From a virus (taxonomy: Duplodnaviria > Caudoviricetes): DNA of 29,844 nucleotides. Below are positions 8,815-19,400 of this stretch, piece by piece. The stretch lies in IMG/VR virus record IMGVR_UViG_3300033485_000063, positions 1 through 29,844 of that record, one strand, 5' to 3'. Position 1 is the first letter of the stretch. Each line of letters starts with the position of its first letter. A program made the position numbers and the translations under genes. The notes beneath the pieces were generated by a model. The model was not told where the DNA came from. It saw nothing but the letters and a program-made list of their open reading frames with translations, and did not search any database.

Positions 8815-9131
8815 GGATCGGCGGGCTGCGGCATCGGATCGAACTGCAGGCGTTCACGTCGGTGTCCGACGGGATGGGCGGGCAGACGAACACGTGGACG
8901 ACCGAGGATGCGGTGCGTGCGGCGATCTGGCCCGTGTCCGCTGCGGAACAGATCAAGGCGGGAGCGCAGGCGATGACTGCGACGCACCGCATTCAGATCC
9001 GATACTTCGAAGGACTGAAGCCGTCGTGGAGGGTGAAGTTCGGGTCGCGGTACTTTTCGATCGTCAGCATCATCGACAAGGACGAGAAGCACGCGCAGGT
9101 GGATCTGCTTTGTCGGGAGGTCGTATCGTGA
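8811..9131 (+). CDS. Head-closure / head-tail adaptor (SPP1 gp16-like)
   Basis: GTG start in a GTGA overlap; IGGLRHRIELQ, DGMGG, THRIQIRY, RYFSIVSI, LLCRE. Confidence 0.9.
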   Translation: MRIGGLRHRIELQAFTSVSDGMGGQTNTWTTEDAVRAAIWPVSAAEQIKAGAQAMTATHRIQIRYFEGLKPSWRVKFGSRYFSIVSIIDKDEKHAQVDLLCREVVS

Positions 9132-9616
9132 ACGCGCTGTCGATGGAACTCATGCGGAAGGTCGTGGAGGAATACGACCTCGCGGACGGGAAGACGGTCA
9201 TCGACGTCGGTAGTTACGATGTGAATGGAACATACCGTCCGCTGTTCGCCAGCAGTCGGTACGTCGGCGCGGACATCCGTCCCGGACCGAACGTCGACGT
9301 CATCGTCGACTCCCCGGAGTGGCACGCGCTGAAGGGAGCGGACGCCATCGTGACCGGCAGCACGTTCGAGCACGTCGAGGATGCGCCGAAACTGATGGAG
9401 CAGATGTACGAGGTGCTCGCGCCCGGAGGGGTTCTGTGCGTGCAGGTCCCGTCGTGCGGGCCGAAGCACGACTACCCGAACTGGTACAGAAATTATTCGG
9501 CGGCGGACATGGCGTTCCTGATGGAGATGGCGGGGTTCACCGTGCTGCACACGGAGATCGACCCGCACCCCGAGTTCATGTTCTGCACCGCCATCGCGAG
9601 GAAGTACGTCCCGTGA
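9128..9616 (+). CDS. Class I SAM-dependent methyltransferase (type 11-like)
   Basis: VIDVGSYDVNG motif I, YVGADIRPGPNVD, STFEHV, VLAPGG..VQVP, HDYP..YR; GTGA overlaps at both ends. Confidence 0.85.
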   Translation: MNALSMELMRKVVEEYDLADGKTVIDVGSYDVNGTYRPLFASSRYVGADIRPGPNVDVIVDSPEWHALKGADAIVTGSTFEHVEDAPKLMEQMYEVLAPGGVLCVQVPSCGPKHDYPNWYRNYSAADMAFLMEMAGFTVLHTEIDPHPEFMFCTAIARKYVP

Positions 9617-10023
9617 AGAACCTGACGACCGCCATCTATACGCATGCGGCGGGGACGGCGTTCTCGACATCGATCGGCGGCAGGTTTTATAAGGCGCGCA
9701 TTCCGCAGGGGACGGCGTTCCCGTATGCGCTGTTCTTCGTGGTGACGGATATGCCGATCGACACGTTCACGGATAGCATCGAGGAAGTGACCGTGCAGTT
9801 CTCGGTCTTTTCGAAGGCGTCGAGCAGTTCGGAGATCGAGGACATCTTCACGAACCTGAAGGCGGCGTACGACGGCGCCGTGTTGACGATCACCGGGAAC
9901 AAGATGATCGTCATGGAGCGACAGGTCGCGAGTCTCGCGAACGTTGCCGATGATACGCCGGACGGAACGGGCGAGTATTGGCAATACGATGTGGACTACA
10001 GCATCATCATGCAGAAGACCTGA
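9613..10023 (+). CDS. Tail completion/terminator protein (DUF3168-like)
   Basis: GGRFY...PQGTAFPY, VQFSVFS, C-terminal QYDVDY; size and position upstream of the tail tube. Confidence 0.75.
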   Translation: MKNLTTAIYTHAAGTAFSTSIGGRFYKARIPQGTAFPYALFFVVTDMPIDTFTDSIEEVTVQFSVFSKASSSSEIEDIFTNLKAAYDGAVLTITGNKMIVMERQVASLANVADDTPDGTGEYWQYDVDYSIIMQKT

Positions 10024-10033
10024 AGGGGGGATC

Positions 10034-10780
10034 ATGGCGAAGCAGGGAGGAAACTCTGGAGTCCCGAAGGACGCGGTCAGTTTCTCGGACGCGGCGACGA
10101 TCGCGCTGTCGACGCCCGAGCCGGAGCCGGTGTCGAAGCCGTTCGTGAATCACAGTCTGCCGTACAGCCCGACGGTCGCCGAGATCGAGCAGTACGTCGT
10201 CTCCATCGGATCGGATGACGTTCTCACGTTCGGAGGGGAGCGGATCGAGGGCGCGTACATTCAGCAGATACCGGACGAGATCGCCCCGTGCATCCACGCG
10301 ATGCTCGAATCCGGCGAGCACGTCGACTCGTATCTTGAGATCGGCGTCGCCGCCGGGGGGATGACGCTGCTGATGCACCACTACTTCCAGCCGTCGATCA
10401 TCGTGCTGGTAGATACGAACGAGCATCCTCGCTGCGTGAATCGACCGCAGGTGCTCGCGGGCATCAGGCGGGACGAGGTCATCGGTAGTTCGGGGGATGC
10501 CGGCACGTACGCGAATGTGCTCGCGCTCGGGCACGTCTACGACGCGGTGATGATCGACGGGGTCCACTACTACGACAACGTGAAGAAGGACGTGGAACTG
10601 TACGCATCGCTTCTGCGGAACGGGGGGTTCCTCATGCTGCACGATTCCGCGCTGACGGCGTGGGGCGTACCGAAAGTCGTCGCGGAACTGAAGGAAGACC
10701 CCGCGTGGCATTTCATCGGCGAGTGGGCGACGACGAAGATGAAGGCGTGCGGCGTCGCGCTGTTTCAGCGGGTGACGTGA
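10034..10780 (+). CDS. Class I SAM-dependent methyltransferase (Methyltransf_24-like)
   Basis: YLEIGVAAGG, YDAVMIDGVHYYDNVKKD, LRNGGFLMLHD, GVPKV; ATG 10034 after a GGGGGG RBS. Confidence 0.85.
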   Translation: MAKQGGNSGVPKDAVSFSDAATIALSTPEPEPVSKPFVNHSLPYSPTVAEIEQYVVSIGSDDVLTFGGERIEGAYIQQIPDEIAPCIHAMLESGEHVDSYLEIGVAAGGMTLLMHHYFQPSIIVLVDTNEHPRCVNRPQVLAGIRRDEVIGSSGDAGTYANVLALGHVYDAVMIDGVHYYDNVKKDVELYASLLRNGGFLMLHDSALTAWGVPKVVAELKEDPAWHFIGEWATTKMKACGVALFQRVT

Positions 10781-10995
10781 TGGCGGTCGCCGGGACGAAC
10801 ACCATCTGCAAGGAGATATGCGACGCGCTCGGCTTGAAGAACGTACGTCGGCTGCAGATCAAGATGGAGGTGGACAGCCTCGTGACTGTGGAGGCGGAGT
10901 TCTTTCCAGAGGTCAATGGAGTGAAGGCGGTCTATACGATCATGCGTGAATACGAACTTGTCCCGAAGAAGGGACTTGACGGGAGGCGGGGTTGA
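10780..10995 (+). CDS. Small hypothetical protein (71 aa, MAVAGTNTICKEICDALGLKNV...)
   Basis: TGATG coupling to the upstream gene and TTGA overlap with the downstream gene. Confidence 0.65.
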   Translation: MAVAGTNTICKEICDALGLKNVRRLQIKMEVDSLVTVEAEFFPEVNGVKAVYTIMREYELVPKKGLDGRRG

Positions 10996-11783
10996 AGTTC
11001 TCGTTCGGAGCGCTCGTGAATGACATCGTTCGGCTGGACATGGTCCTGCGGAAGTCGGAACTCGATCCGACGTTGCCGTGCCATATCATCAAGACGCCAT
11101 CCTGCGCGACCGTCGGGATGAATAAACTGCTCGGGCTCTTCGAGAAGGACGGGGCGGACGTCGGCGTGCTGACGCATCAGGATATGTTCTACAGGAACGG
11201 GTGGCTCAAGCAGGTGGAGGAGCAGATCAAACTGCTGCCGCCGTCGTGGATCGTCGCAGGCATCATCGGGAAGGACATGGACGGGGCGATCTGCGGGAAG
11301 TTCCATGATATGCGCGTCCCGTTGTGCTTCAACACGGAGGACATGCACACGTTCCCGCATCCGGCGTCGTGCTTCGACGAGTGCTGCATCCTCGTCAATA
11401 TGAAGAAGGGGTTCCGGTTCGACCAGAGGCTGCGCGGATTCGATCTGTACGGGACGCTCGCGGTGTGTCAGGCGTGGGAGATGGGCGGGACGGCGTGGAT
11501 CATCGACGCCTATGCGGAGCACTACTGCATGCGTCCGTTCACATGGTTCCCTGACAAGCAGTTCGAAGCGGGCTTCAAGTGGCTGCACGAGAAATTCCCG
11601 AACGCGCCGCGCATCGACACGACGGTGCTTGGCGTTCCGAACAAGAGCAACCCGGCGAGGTACGACGTGATGGTTCCGACGGATAAGAGGCTACACTCGC
11701 AGATCATGGCTGCAGAGAAGGAGGCGAAGGCCAATCCGGTACGCGATGGCGCTTCTCGTGAAGTTCAACCCTCAACCGTGTAG
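10992..11783 (+). CDS. GT-A fold glycosyltransferase-like protein (GT2-like, HQD type)
   Basis: TTG start after GGGAGG; GMN, VLTHQDM...W, AGIIG, FDECCI, FRFD...GFDLYG, EH pattern. Confidence 0.72.
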   Translation: MKFSFGALVNDIVRLDMVLRKSELDPTLPCHIIKTPSCATVGMNKLLGLFEKDGADVGVLTHQDMFYRNGWLKQVEEQIKLLPPSWIVAGIIGKDMDGAICGKFHDMRVPLCFNTEDMHTFPHPASCFDECCILVNMKKGFRFDQRLRGFDLYGTLAVCQAWEMGGTAWIIDAYAEHYCMRPFTWFPDKQFEAGFKWLHEKFPNAPRIDTTVLGVPNKSNPARYDVMVPTDKRLHSQIMAAEKEAKANPVRDGASREVQPSTV

Positions 11784-11798
11784 ATAGGAGGAACGACT

Positions 11799-12215
11799 AT
11801 GTCGAGCATCGGAGGAAGACTGGCGAAGGTCATGTACGGATCGGTCGTCGTGGCGGGCATCGGGACGTGGAGCATGAGCGGGTTCGTCCCGGACATCGCG
11901 GAGGACACCGCGTTCGGCGACACGGTGAAGAAGTGGAAGCGGGCGGGCATCGACGATGCAGGGTCGGTCTCGTTCGATGGGCTGTACGACCCGGACAACG
12001 CGACGGGGCAGGTCGCGCTGAACGCTCTTGCGACGAGCACGAGCGGGCTGACGAACCTGTACTTCTACGAGTCGACCTCCGTGTTCTGGCGGGTCGCTTC
12101 GGGCGGGGAAATCCTGCTCGACAAGTTCAACGTCGTCAGCATGAGCAAGTCCGGTCTGGCGACCGTGTCGTTCTCGGGCAAGGTGTCCGGGAAGGCGATG
12201 GAGCGCGTCGCCTAA
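11799..12215 (+). CDS. Major tail (tube) protein
   Basis: W-S-M, EDTAFGD..K....G..D.G.VSFDG.YD, Q..L, terminal VSFSGKVSG; precedes the chaperone and tape measure; AGGAGG RBS. Confidence 0.85.
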   Translation: MSSIGGRLAKVMYGSVVVAGIGTWSMSGFVPDIAEDTAFGDTVKKWKRAGIDDAGSVSFDGLYDPDNATGQVALNALATSTSGLTNLYFYESTSVFWRVASGGEILLDKFNVVSMSKSGLATVSFSGKVSGKAMERVA

Positions 12216-12245
12216 TACATCAACGAACCCGAACGAGGAGGAACG

Positions 12246-12704
12246 ATGAGATTCGATCTGTCGGAAGTACAAGGCGAGTGGTTCACATTCTTCCGCTCTG
12301 AGATCAAGGAGAACGGCGACGTCAACTACCTTGACCCCGAGCCGGACGCCGGGAGGGTCTGCCTGCGGATCGCCGACGCTGAGGCGGTCGAACGCATACA
12401 GGCACAGACGCGGAAGAAGAAGGCCGAATTCGTCCCGAACCCGAAGACGCGGCAGATGGAGCGCGTCGTGTATTTCGATCAGACTCCCGAGCAGGAGAAG
12501 AAGGAGCGGGAACTGATCTGGGACTGGGCGATTCAGGACTGGAAGGGAATCCTCGATAAGAACGGTGACGAGATCCCCTGCACGTTGGAGAACAAACTCC
12601 GGCTGATGAGCATTCCGGTGTTCGCCCGTTTCGTCGGGCGGTGCCTGCAACTCATCACCGGAGCGAACGCGCAGACGGCAGAGGCGGAAATAAAAAACTC
12701 ATAG
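12246..12704 (+). CDS. Tail assembly chaperone (gpG-like)
   Basis: IQDWKGILDKNGDEIPCTLENK motif; ends in EIKNS over a slippery heptamer. Confidence 0.85.
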   Translation: MRFDLSEVQGEWFTFFRSEIKENGDVNYLDPEPDAGRVCLRIADAEAVERIQAQTRKKKAEFVPNPKTRQMERVVYFDQTPEQEKKERELIWDWAIQDWKGILDKNGDEIPCTLENKLRLMSIPVFARFVGRCLQLITGANAQTAEAEIKNS

Positions 12705-12751
12705 CCCGGATAGAGTGGGTGGAGGACTACTCCCCCACTTGTCCGGGCTGT
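12692..12751 (+). promoter_or_regulatory. Programmed -1 frameshift signal (A AAA AAC) with downstream hairpin
   Basis: Heptamer at 12692-12698 is in the X XXY YYZ register of the chaperone frame; inverted repeat at 12701-12751; the -1 frame is open to 13027. Confidence 0.82.
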
Positions 12752-13027
12752 ACTGAAATGCACGCACGGCGGGACCCGGCGCAATTGCCTCCGTGCGAGA
12801 CATGCAGGGTGGAACTTATCGAGGAGAACGCCGATGCGGAACTTGTCTACCAGATGGCGAAGCGACAGGTCCGCATCGCGCCGGGGTCAGGTCAGATCAT
12901 CGACCTCGACTACGCGGCGGTCAAAGCAATCATGGACATCTACGAGATCGCTGATCAAAGGACGTGCTTCATGAAAGTGGCGCGGGCGTTCCATCATATC
13001 CTCGCCGAGCGGCAGAGGAAGGATTGA
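12698..13027 (+). CDS. Frameshift extension of the tail chaperone (gpT-like) with two CxxC motifs
   Basis: The -1 frame reads LIARIEWVEDYSPTCPGC...PPCETC...ENADA...LDYAAV; no convincing start of its own. Confidence 0.75.
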   Translation, partial: LIARIEWVEDYSPTCPGCTEMHARRDPAQLPPCETCRVELIEENADAELVYQMAKRQVRIAPGSGQIIDLDYAAVKAIMDIYEIADQRTCFMKVARAFHHILAERQRKD

Positions 13028-13028
13028 C

Positions 13029-13478
13029 ATGGCGAAGATCGACTTCGATCTGCAGAAGTACGACGGGGAGTTCAAGAAGGCGGGGATGCAGCGGCTCACG
13101 GAATGCGCCGAGGTGATCCGGGACAAGGCGCGGGACCTCGTCGTGATCGGCACGGTGACCCGCGTCCCCGGCCGGCGCAGGTTCGTCAACGCGGAAGGGC
13201 ATCTCGTCCCTTCGACCAATCCCCCGATCTGGATGGAGCGGACCCCGGGCGCGATGAAGAAAACGATCCGTGTCGTGCGAAGGGAAGAGGTCGTGGACTT
13301 CTCGCCGAAGGACGACAACGTCCGGGTCTACGCGGGGAACTATAAGACGTGGTACGCGGTTCAAATGGAATACGGACACGGACAATGGAGGGGCGGGCCT
13401 CGTCCGTTCATGCGGAAGGCGATTGCAGCGGCGCAGAGCGCGATCCGTTCCATCATAGAGGGCGGCGGATATGGCTGA
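13029..13478 (+). CDS. HK97 gp10-like tail component
   Basis: IRDKAR, G.MKKTI, WYAVQMEYGH...PRPFMRKA signature. Confidence 0.8.
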   Translation: MAKIDFDLQKYDGEFKKAGMQRLTECAEVIRDKARDLVVIGTVTRVPGRRRFVNAEGHLVPSTNPPIWMERTPGAMKKTIRVVRREEVVDFSPKDDNVRVYAGNYKTWYAVQMEYGHGQWRGGPRPFMRKAIAAAQSAIRSIIEGGGYG

Positions 13479-16400
13479 TAAAAGACCTGTCGGCACGATG
13501 TTCGTTGAACTGTCGCTCGACGCCACGAAGTACAAGACGGCGCAGAAGGAGATCCTCGCCGGCGCGGAGAAGAACTCCGCCGACATCGAGAAGGCATTCA
13601 AGACCGTCGGGGCTACGTCGGACAAGATGTATCAGGCGATGCGTCAGAACATCATCAATCATCTCGAAGCGATCAAGCGGTCGCACCTGCTGAACGAGGA
13701 CGAGAAGGTCGTCGCCGCGAAGGCGGCGCACGCGAAACTGCAGAAGATGGAAGAGGAGAGGTACGGCAAGCAGGTATCTCTTCTCGACAGCATGAAGAAG
13801 AACTGGCTCGCCGCCACCGCCGCGATCACGGGGGCGTACATGGCGATGAGCAAGGCGTTCGACCTCGTGGAGAAATCCGCCGCATACGCCGAGTCGCTTG
13901 AGAATCTGAACATGTTCACGCAGCAGTACAGCGTCTCGGGGAAGGAGATGGTCGACGTCATCGCCCGGAACTCTGCCGGGCTCATCAGCGTGTCCGTGGC
14001 TGCGGAGACCGCGACGGCGGCGATGGCGAAGGGGTTCACCCCCGAGATGCTCGCGAACATGGCGAAGTGGGCCCCGATCCTCGACGATATGTCGACGAAG
14101 GTGAACTCGTCGAATGAAGCGTTCAATGTGCTCATCGACTCCCTGTCCACGGGGCGGGAGCGCGGCGTGACGCAATTGCTTGGGGCGACCATCGACCTGA
14201 AGGCCGCGTTCGGGGAGCAGGCTGCCGAGATGACCCGGGCAGAGAAGGCGATGGCCATGTACTCGCTTGTCGCGAAGCGCATGGAGGAGATACAGAAAAC
14301 GGGGATGGGGTCTACCGACTCCTACGCGGACAAGATCGAGCGGTTCAAGAACACGCTCGAAGAGGTGAAGTTGACGATCGGAGACTTCATCGCCCGCGTC
14401 GGGGCTGGCATCCTCGCGATATTTCAGTCGGTCGCGGAACTCGGGTCGGTGTTCGCGAGCGCGCTGCTCGCCCCGATTTATGCGGCGATGAAGGTGACGG
14501 ATTACTTCGGGATCACGAAGGGCAAGGCGGACGAGGTCAAGCAGTCGATGGACGCGCTCGCGATGTCCGCTGATGACCTCGGGAAGAAGGCTGCTGCGAA
14601 CTTCGAACTGATGAAGAAGGGGATGTTCGCTGTCGGCGGTACGAAGGGTGCGCCCGTGAAACTCGGGCTCGAGGATGCGGCGGAGGGCGAGTCGAAGAAG
14701 GTCAAGGCGCTGAACGATAAGATCCTCGAGGACGTTCGGAAGACCGCGCTCGCGATCGAGCAGATGAACATGGACACATACCACAAGGAACTCGCCCGCA
14801 TCGACTCGCAGGCGAAGGCGTGGCTCGCGGAGGGGGCGAGCGAGGTTCAGGTCGCGAAGTGGGTAGCAAAAGAAAAAGAGAAGGCGGGGGCGGAGCAGGC
14901 GGAGCGCGACAGGAAACTCGCGGACGAGACGTCGAAGTTCTATTTCGCCGAGGCGGCAAAGCGAGCGAAGGAGCAGGACGACCTTCTGAAGGCGCGGGTC
15001 GATGCCGAGTTCGATGCGATGGAGGAAATCCTCCGCGGGCAAATCTACTATCAGGAACAGATGGACGCGGCGACGGGGACCGATCCGACGACGATGATCC
15101 TGAAGCGCGAGGCTGGGGAGAAGGCCCTCCTCGAACTTCAGCAGAGGCGATTGATCGCGAGCATCACCGAGCAGACGACGTTCGAGGAGACGCTGAGGAT
15201 CATGGCGCAGGTCCGCGCCATCGACGAGCAGATCGCGGCGCTCAAGGATATGACGACGACCGATCTGATCGTCCGCAGGATCAAGATCGAACAGGAACTC
15301 CTTGCCATTCAGCAGCAGCAGAAGAGCCTCGCCGAGGACATCGCGTTCCAGTACCAGCAGGCGTCGCTGAACGCGATGGGGCTGACGAAGATCGCGCAGT
15401 TCGCTGGACTCTCGCAAAGCATCGAAACCGGAAAGGACATCTATCGGCAGGAGTACGATGCGTTCCTTGAACTGCAAGAGAAGAAGATTCAACTCCTCGA
15501 GGAGAAGGGGGGCGAGCAGGTAGCGATCAACGAAGCGTTCCGCGAGATCGACCTGAAGTACGAGGAGATGCGGAACAAGCAGAAGATCGACATGCTGTCG
15601 GCGGGGTTCGGTGCGGCGGCGGAGATCGCGGAGCAGTTCTACAAGGCGGGCGGCAAGCAAGGCGGCGCGGCATTCGAGGCGTACAAGGCGTTCAGTATCG
15701 CGCAGGCGGTCATCGACACGTACAAGGGGGCGCAGGCGGCGTACGCCGCGATGGCGGGGTTCCCGCTTGCAGGACCCGCGCTTGCCGTGGCTGCGGCTGC
15801 GGCGGCGATCGCAGCGGGGATCGCGAGGGTGAACGCGATCAAGAACGCGCAGCCGGGGAGCGCGTCCGTATCGTCAGGCGGGGGTGGGACCGTTATTCAT
15901 GCCCCCACCGGCGTGCCCCGCACCACGGTCCTCGGGGCGGCGGCCGGCACGGAGAGCGAGTCGATCAAGAACGTCATCGATATCCTCGGTGATACGTACG
16001 ATCTGCAGTCGCAGGAATTGACCCGCATCCGTTCGGAGATGGTGGACCTGAACAAGAACATTACCGGTCTGGTGACGAGCATCGTCCGGGGCGGGAAGAT
16101 CGGGACCTCCGAGGGGCTGTCACTCGGGATCGATATGGGGTCGATCACGAAGTGGTCGCAGAACATAACGACGCAGATGGCGAACGTCATCACGCTCGGC
16201 ATCCTCCCGGGGCTGGCGGAGACCGTCGGGAAGTGGTTCGGGAGCGCGGCGAATGCCGTCTTCGGCGGAAGCATCAAGAAGGAACTGCAGGGAGCGGGCA
16301 TCGAGTTCAAGGCGAACGAGGTCGGCAAGATTCTCGCGAACGAGTACATCGACGCGATGTCGTACCAGATCGTCAAGACCACGAAGGATGGCGGGATTCT

Positions 16401-19400
16401 TAGCAAGGACAAGACGAGCACGGAGGTCATTCGCAAGTCCCTGACGGACGATCAGAATCGGCTGTTTAAGATGGTGTTCGAGGGGATGAGCGAGTCGCTC
16501 GTCGGGTTCGCGGAGAGGTTCGGGCAGGATACGCAGGCGGCGATGGACTATGTCTTCAAGACGTACAGGCTCGATCTGCGCGGACTGACCGGCGAGGAGA
16601 TGAACGAGAAATTGCAGGAGTACTTCTCGAACACGCTCGATCAGGCGACGGAGGATCTGTTCGGGGAGATCATCGGAAAGTATCAGAAGTTGAACGAGGG
16701 GCTGTTCGAGACCGCCTCGCGCCTGATCAACGACAGGGCGATCATGGGCGAACTGCTGGAGATGACGAATCAGCAGATCAGCGTCAGCGCGACGACGGTC
16801 ACGAAGACGCGGCAGGTGATGAACGAGGCGTGGACCGCGTGGAAGGAGCAGGTCGACTACATCAAGAGCACGGTGTCGAGCGGTCCGTTCGGTGGGCAGT
16901 CGCGGGCGATCGCCGCGCTCGGACCGGAGCCGACGAAGTACCTCGAGGAGATGTATACCGTGATCGACGACGGGTCGATGAAGGTCATCGAGTTCACGGA
17001 GACGATGATCGAGATGGCAGGCGGGCTGGATGAACTCGTCGCGGCGACGCTGAAATACTACGACAAGTTCTACACCGCGCAGGAAAAACTTGACCGGCTC
17101 ACGAGCAATCTCAAGGAGTCGCTCGCGAGCGTGAACGTCGCGCTGCCCGATACGCGGGCGGGATACCGCGACCTCGTGGAGAACCTTGACCTGACGACGG
17201 AGGCGGGGCAGAAGGCGTATGTCGCGCTCATGCAATTGTCCGACATCGCAGATGAATACTACAACGCGAAGGGCGACGAGATCGACGCGACGAAGGAATC
17301 GACCGCCGCGCTGCTCGACTTCGAGCGCGGGATCAGGCGGACGTGGGAAGACCTGCGGATGCAACTGATGGAACTGCAGGGGGACACCGCAGGGGCGACC
17401 GCGATGCGTCGGGAGCGCGAACTCGCGGAGGCGAACGAGATCCTTCGCCCGCTGATGCGCGCCATCTATGCGCAGGAGGATTACAACGCGGCGGTGTCTG
17501 CGGCGGAGGATGCGACGAGCGACTATGAGTCCGCGGTGGAGGCGACGGCGCAGGCGCAGAGGGCGGCGGAGAATGCGGCGGACCGGCTGACGAAGGCGCA
17601 CGAGGACGCGGCGGACGCGGCGAGGGAACTCTCGGAGGCGCAGGCGGATCTGCCGAGGGTGCAAGCGGAGGCGGCGCAGCGCGTGGCGGATGCGGAGCAG
17701 GCGGCGGTCGACGCCGCAGACGATCTCTCGCGGGCGCAGCAGGACCTGATCGATACGCAGAGGGATGCCGCGCAGAGCATCATCGATGCGAAGGAAGCGG
17801 CGGTCGACGCGGCGAAGGACTTGTCCGACGCGCAGGCGGATCTCGTGGAAACGCAGAAGGATGCCGCGCAGAGCATAGCGGACGCGCAGGAGCGGGCGGC
17901 GGATGCTGCGGAGAGCCTCGCGGACGCGCAGGAGGAGGCGGCGAAGTCGGTCGAGGAGTCGGCGAAGAGAATCGCCGATGCGCAGGAGAGCCTCGCCGAT
18001 ACGATCGAGAGTTCGGCGGAGAACATTGCGAACGCGGAGGAGGCGTATCAGGATTCACTGCGCGGGATAACGGACGCGCAGCGTGGAATCCTCGACGCGG
18101 AGCGTGCGTACGCGGACGCGCAGCAGGCGCTCGCCGATGAACTGCGGGCGATCGAGCGCAGGGGAATCGAGGCGCGGCTGAAGGCGGAGGCAGACGCGAG
18201 GAAGGCGGAGATCGACCGGCTGCAGCAGGAGAAGGAGTTCGCCGACGATCAGGCGCAATTGATCGGCGAGCAATTGCAGGCGCAGCAGGGGATGGTCGAC
18301 AGGCTTCGTTCCGTGTCGGCGACGGTGAATGATTGGATCGCCGGGATGACGACGAGCGAACTCTCTCCCGTGCAGTCTCGGGAGGCGTGGGAGGCGGAGT
18401 ATCAGCGACTCCAGCAGATCGCCTCCGCCCCCGGCGCGGAGCAGGGGGACGTGTCCGCCTTCCTGTCCTACGCGAAGGAGTACCTGCAGTTTCAGCGGGC
18501 GTACGGCGGCGACTATCAGACGACGTTTGATGCGGTGATGGCGGACGTTCAGTCGATCGGCGATGTCATCGATGAGCAACTCGTGGCGGCGGAGCGTCAA
18601 CTCGCGGCGACGCAGGCGGCGGATCAGGCGGCGCGTGACGCTGCGGAGCGTGCGGCGGTCGCGCTCGAAGCAGCGCAGGCGGCGGACGAGGAGGCGAACA
18701 AGACGGCGCAGGCGTTGCTCGAAGCGTTCGATGCCGCCGCTGACGACACGGCGCAGAGGCTTGCCGATCTTCGGCAGGGGATCGCCGACGCCGCGCAGGG
18801 AATCGAGGATGCGAAGCAGGAACTGGTCGATGCGCAGAATGCGTCCGCAGAGGCGTTCGCAGCGATCGGTGAAGCGCAGGTGCAGGCGCAGGAGGACATC
18901 GCGGATGCGCAACAGGCGCTCGCGGACGCGCAGGCGGAAGCGGCGCAGGCGGTCATCGATTCGCAGGAGCGCATAGCGGACGCACAGGAAGCCCTCGCGG
19001 AAGCGCAGGCGGGAATCGGTGAGGCGCAACTCGCCGCGCAGGAGAGCATCGCCGATGCGCAGCAGCAGATCGTCGACGCGACGGAAGCACTTGCCGACGC
19101 GCAGGCGGCGATCGGCGAGGCGGAGATACAGGCGCAGCAGGACATCGCCGATGCGGAGCGAAGCGTGGCCGACGCTGTACGCGACGCGGCGGAGGCGCAG
19201 GCGGCGATCGGGGAAGCGCAACTGGAAGCCGACCAGATGGTCGCCGACGCGCAGCAGAGGATCGTCGATGCGCAGGAGCGTGTGGATCAGACCGCGCAGG
19301 AGATCCTCCTCGCGGAGCAGGAGGTCGCCGACACGCAGGCGGCGCTCCTTGCCGCGCAGCAGGCGGAGACGATGGCGATGGACCGGATGGTCGCCGCGCA

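Noticed and set aside
9128-10780. Methyltransferases as DNA anti-restriction methylases
   Set aside because: No DPPY/NPPY/SPPY or PC motifs; patterns match small-molecule or sugar methyltransferases. Not experimentally excluded.
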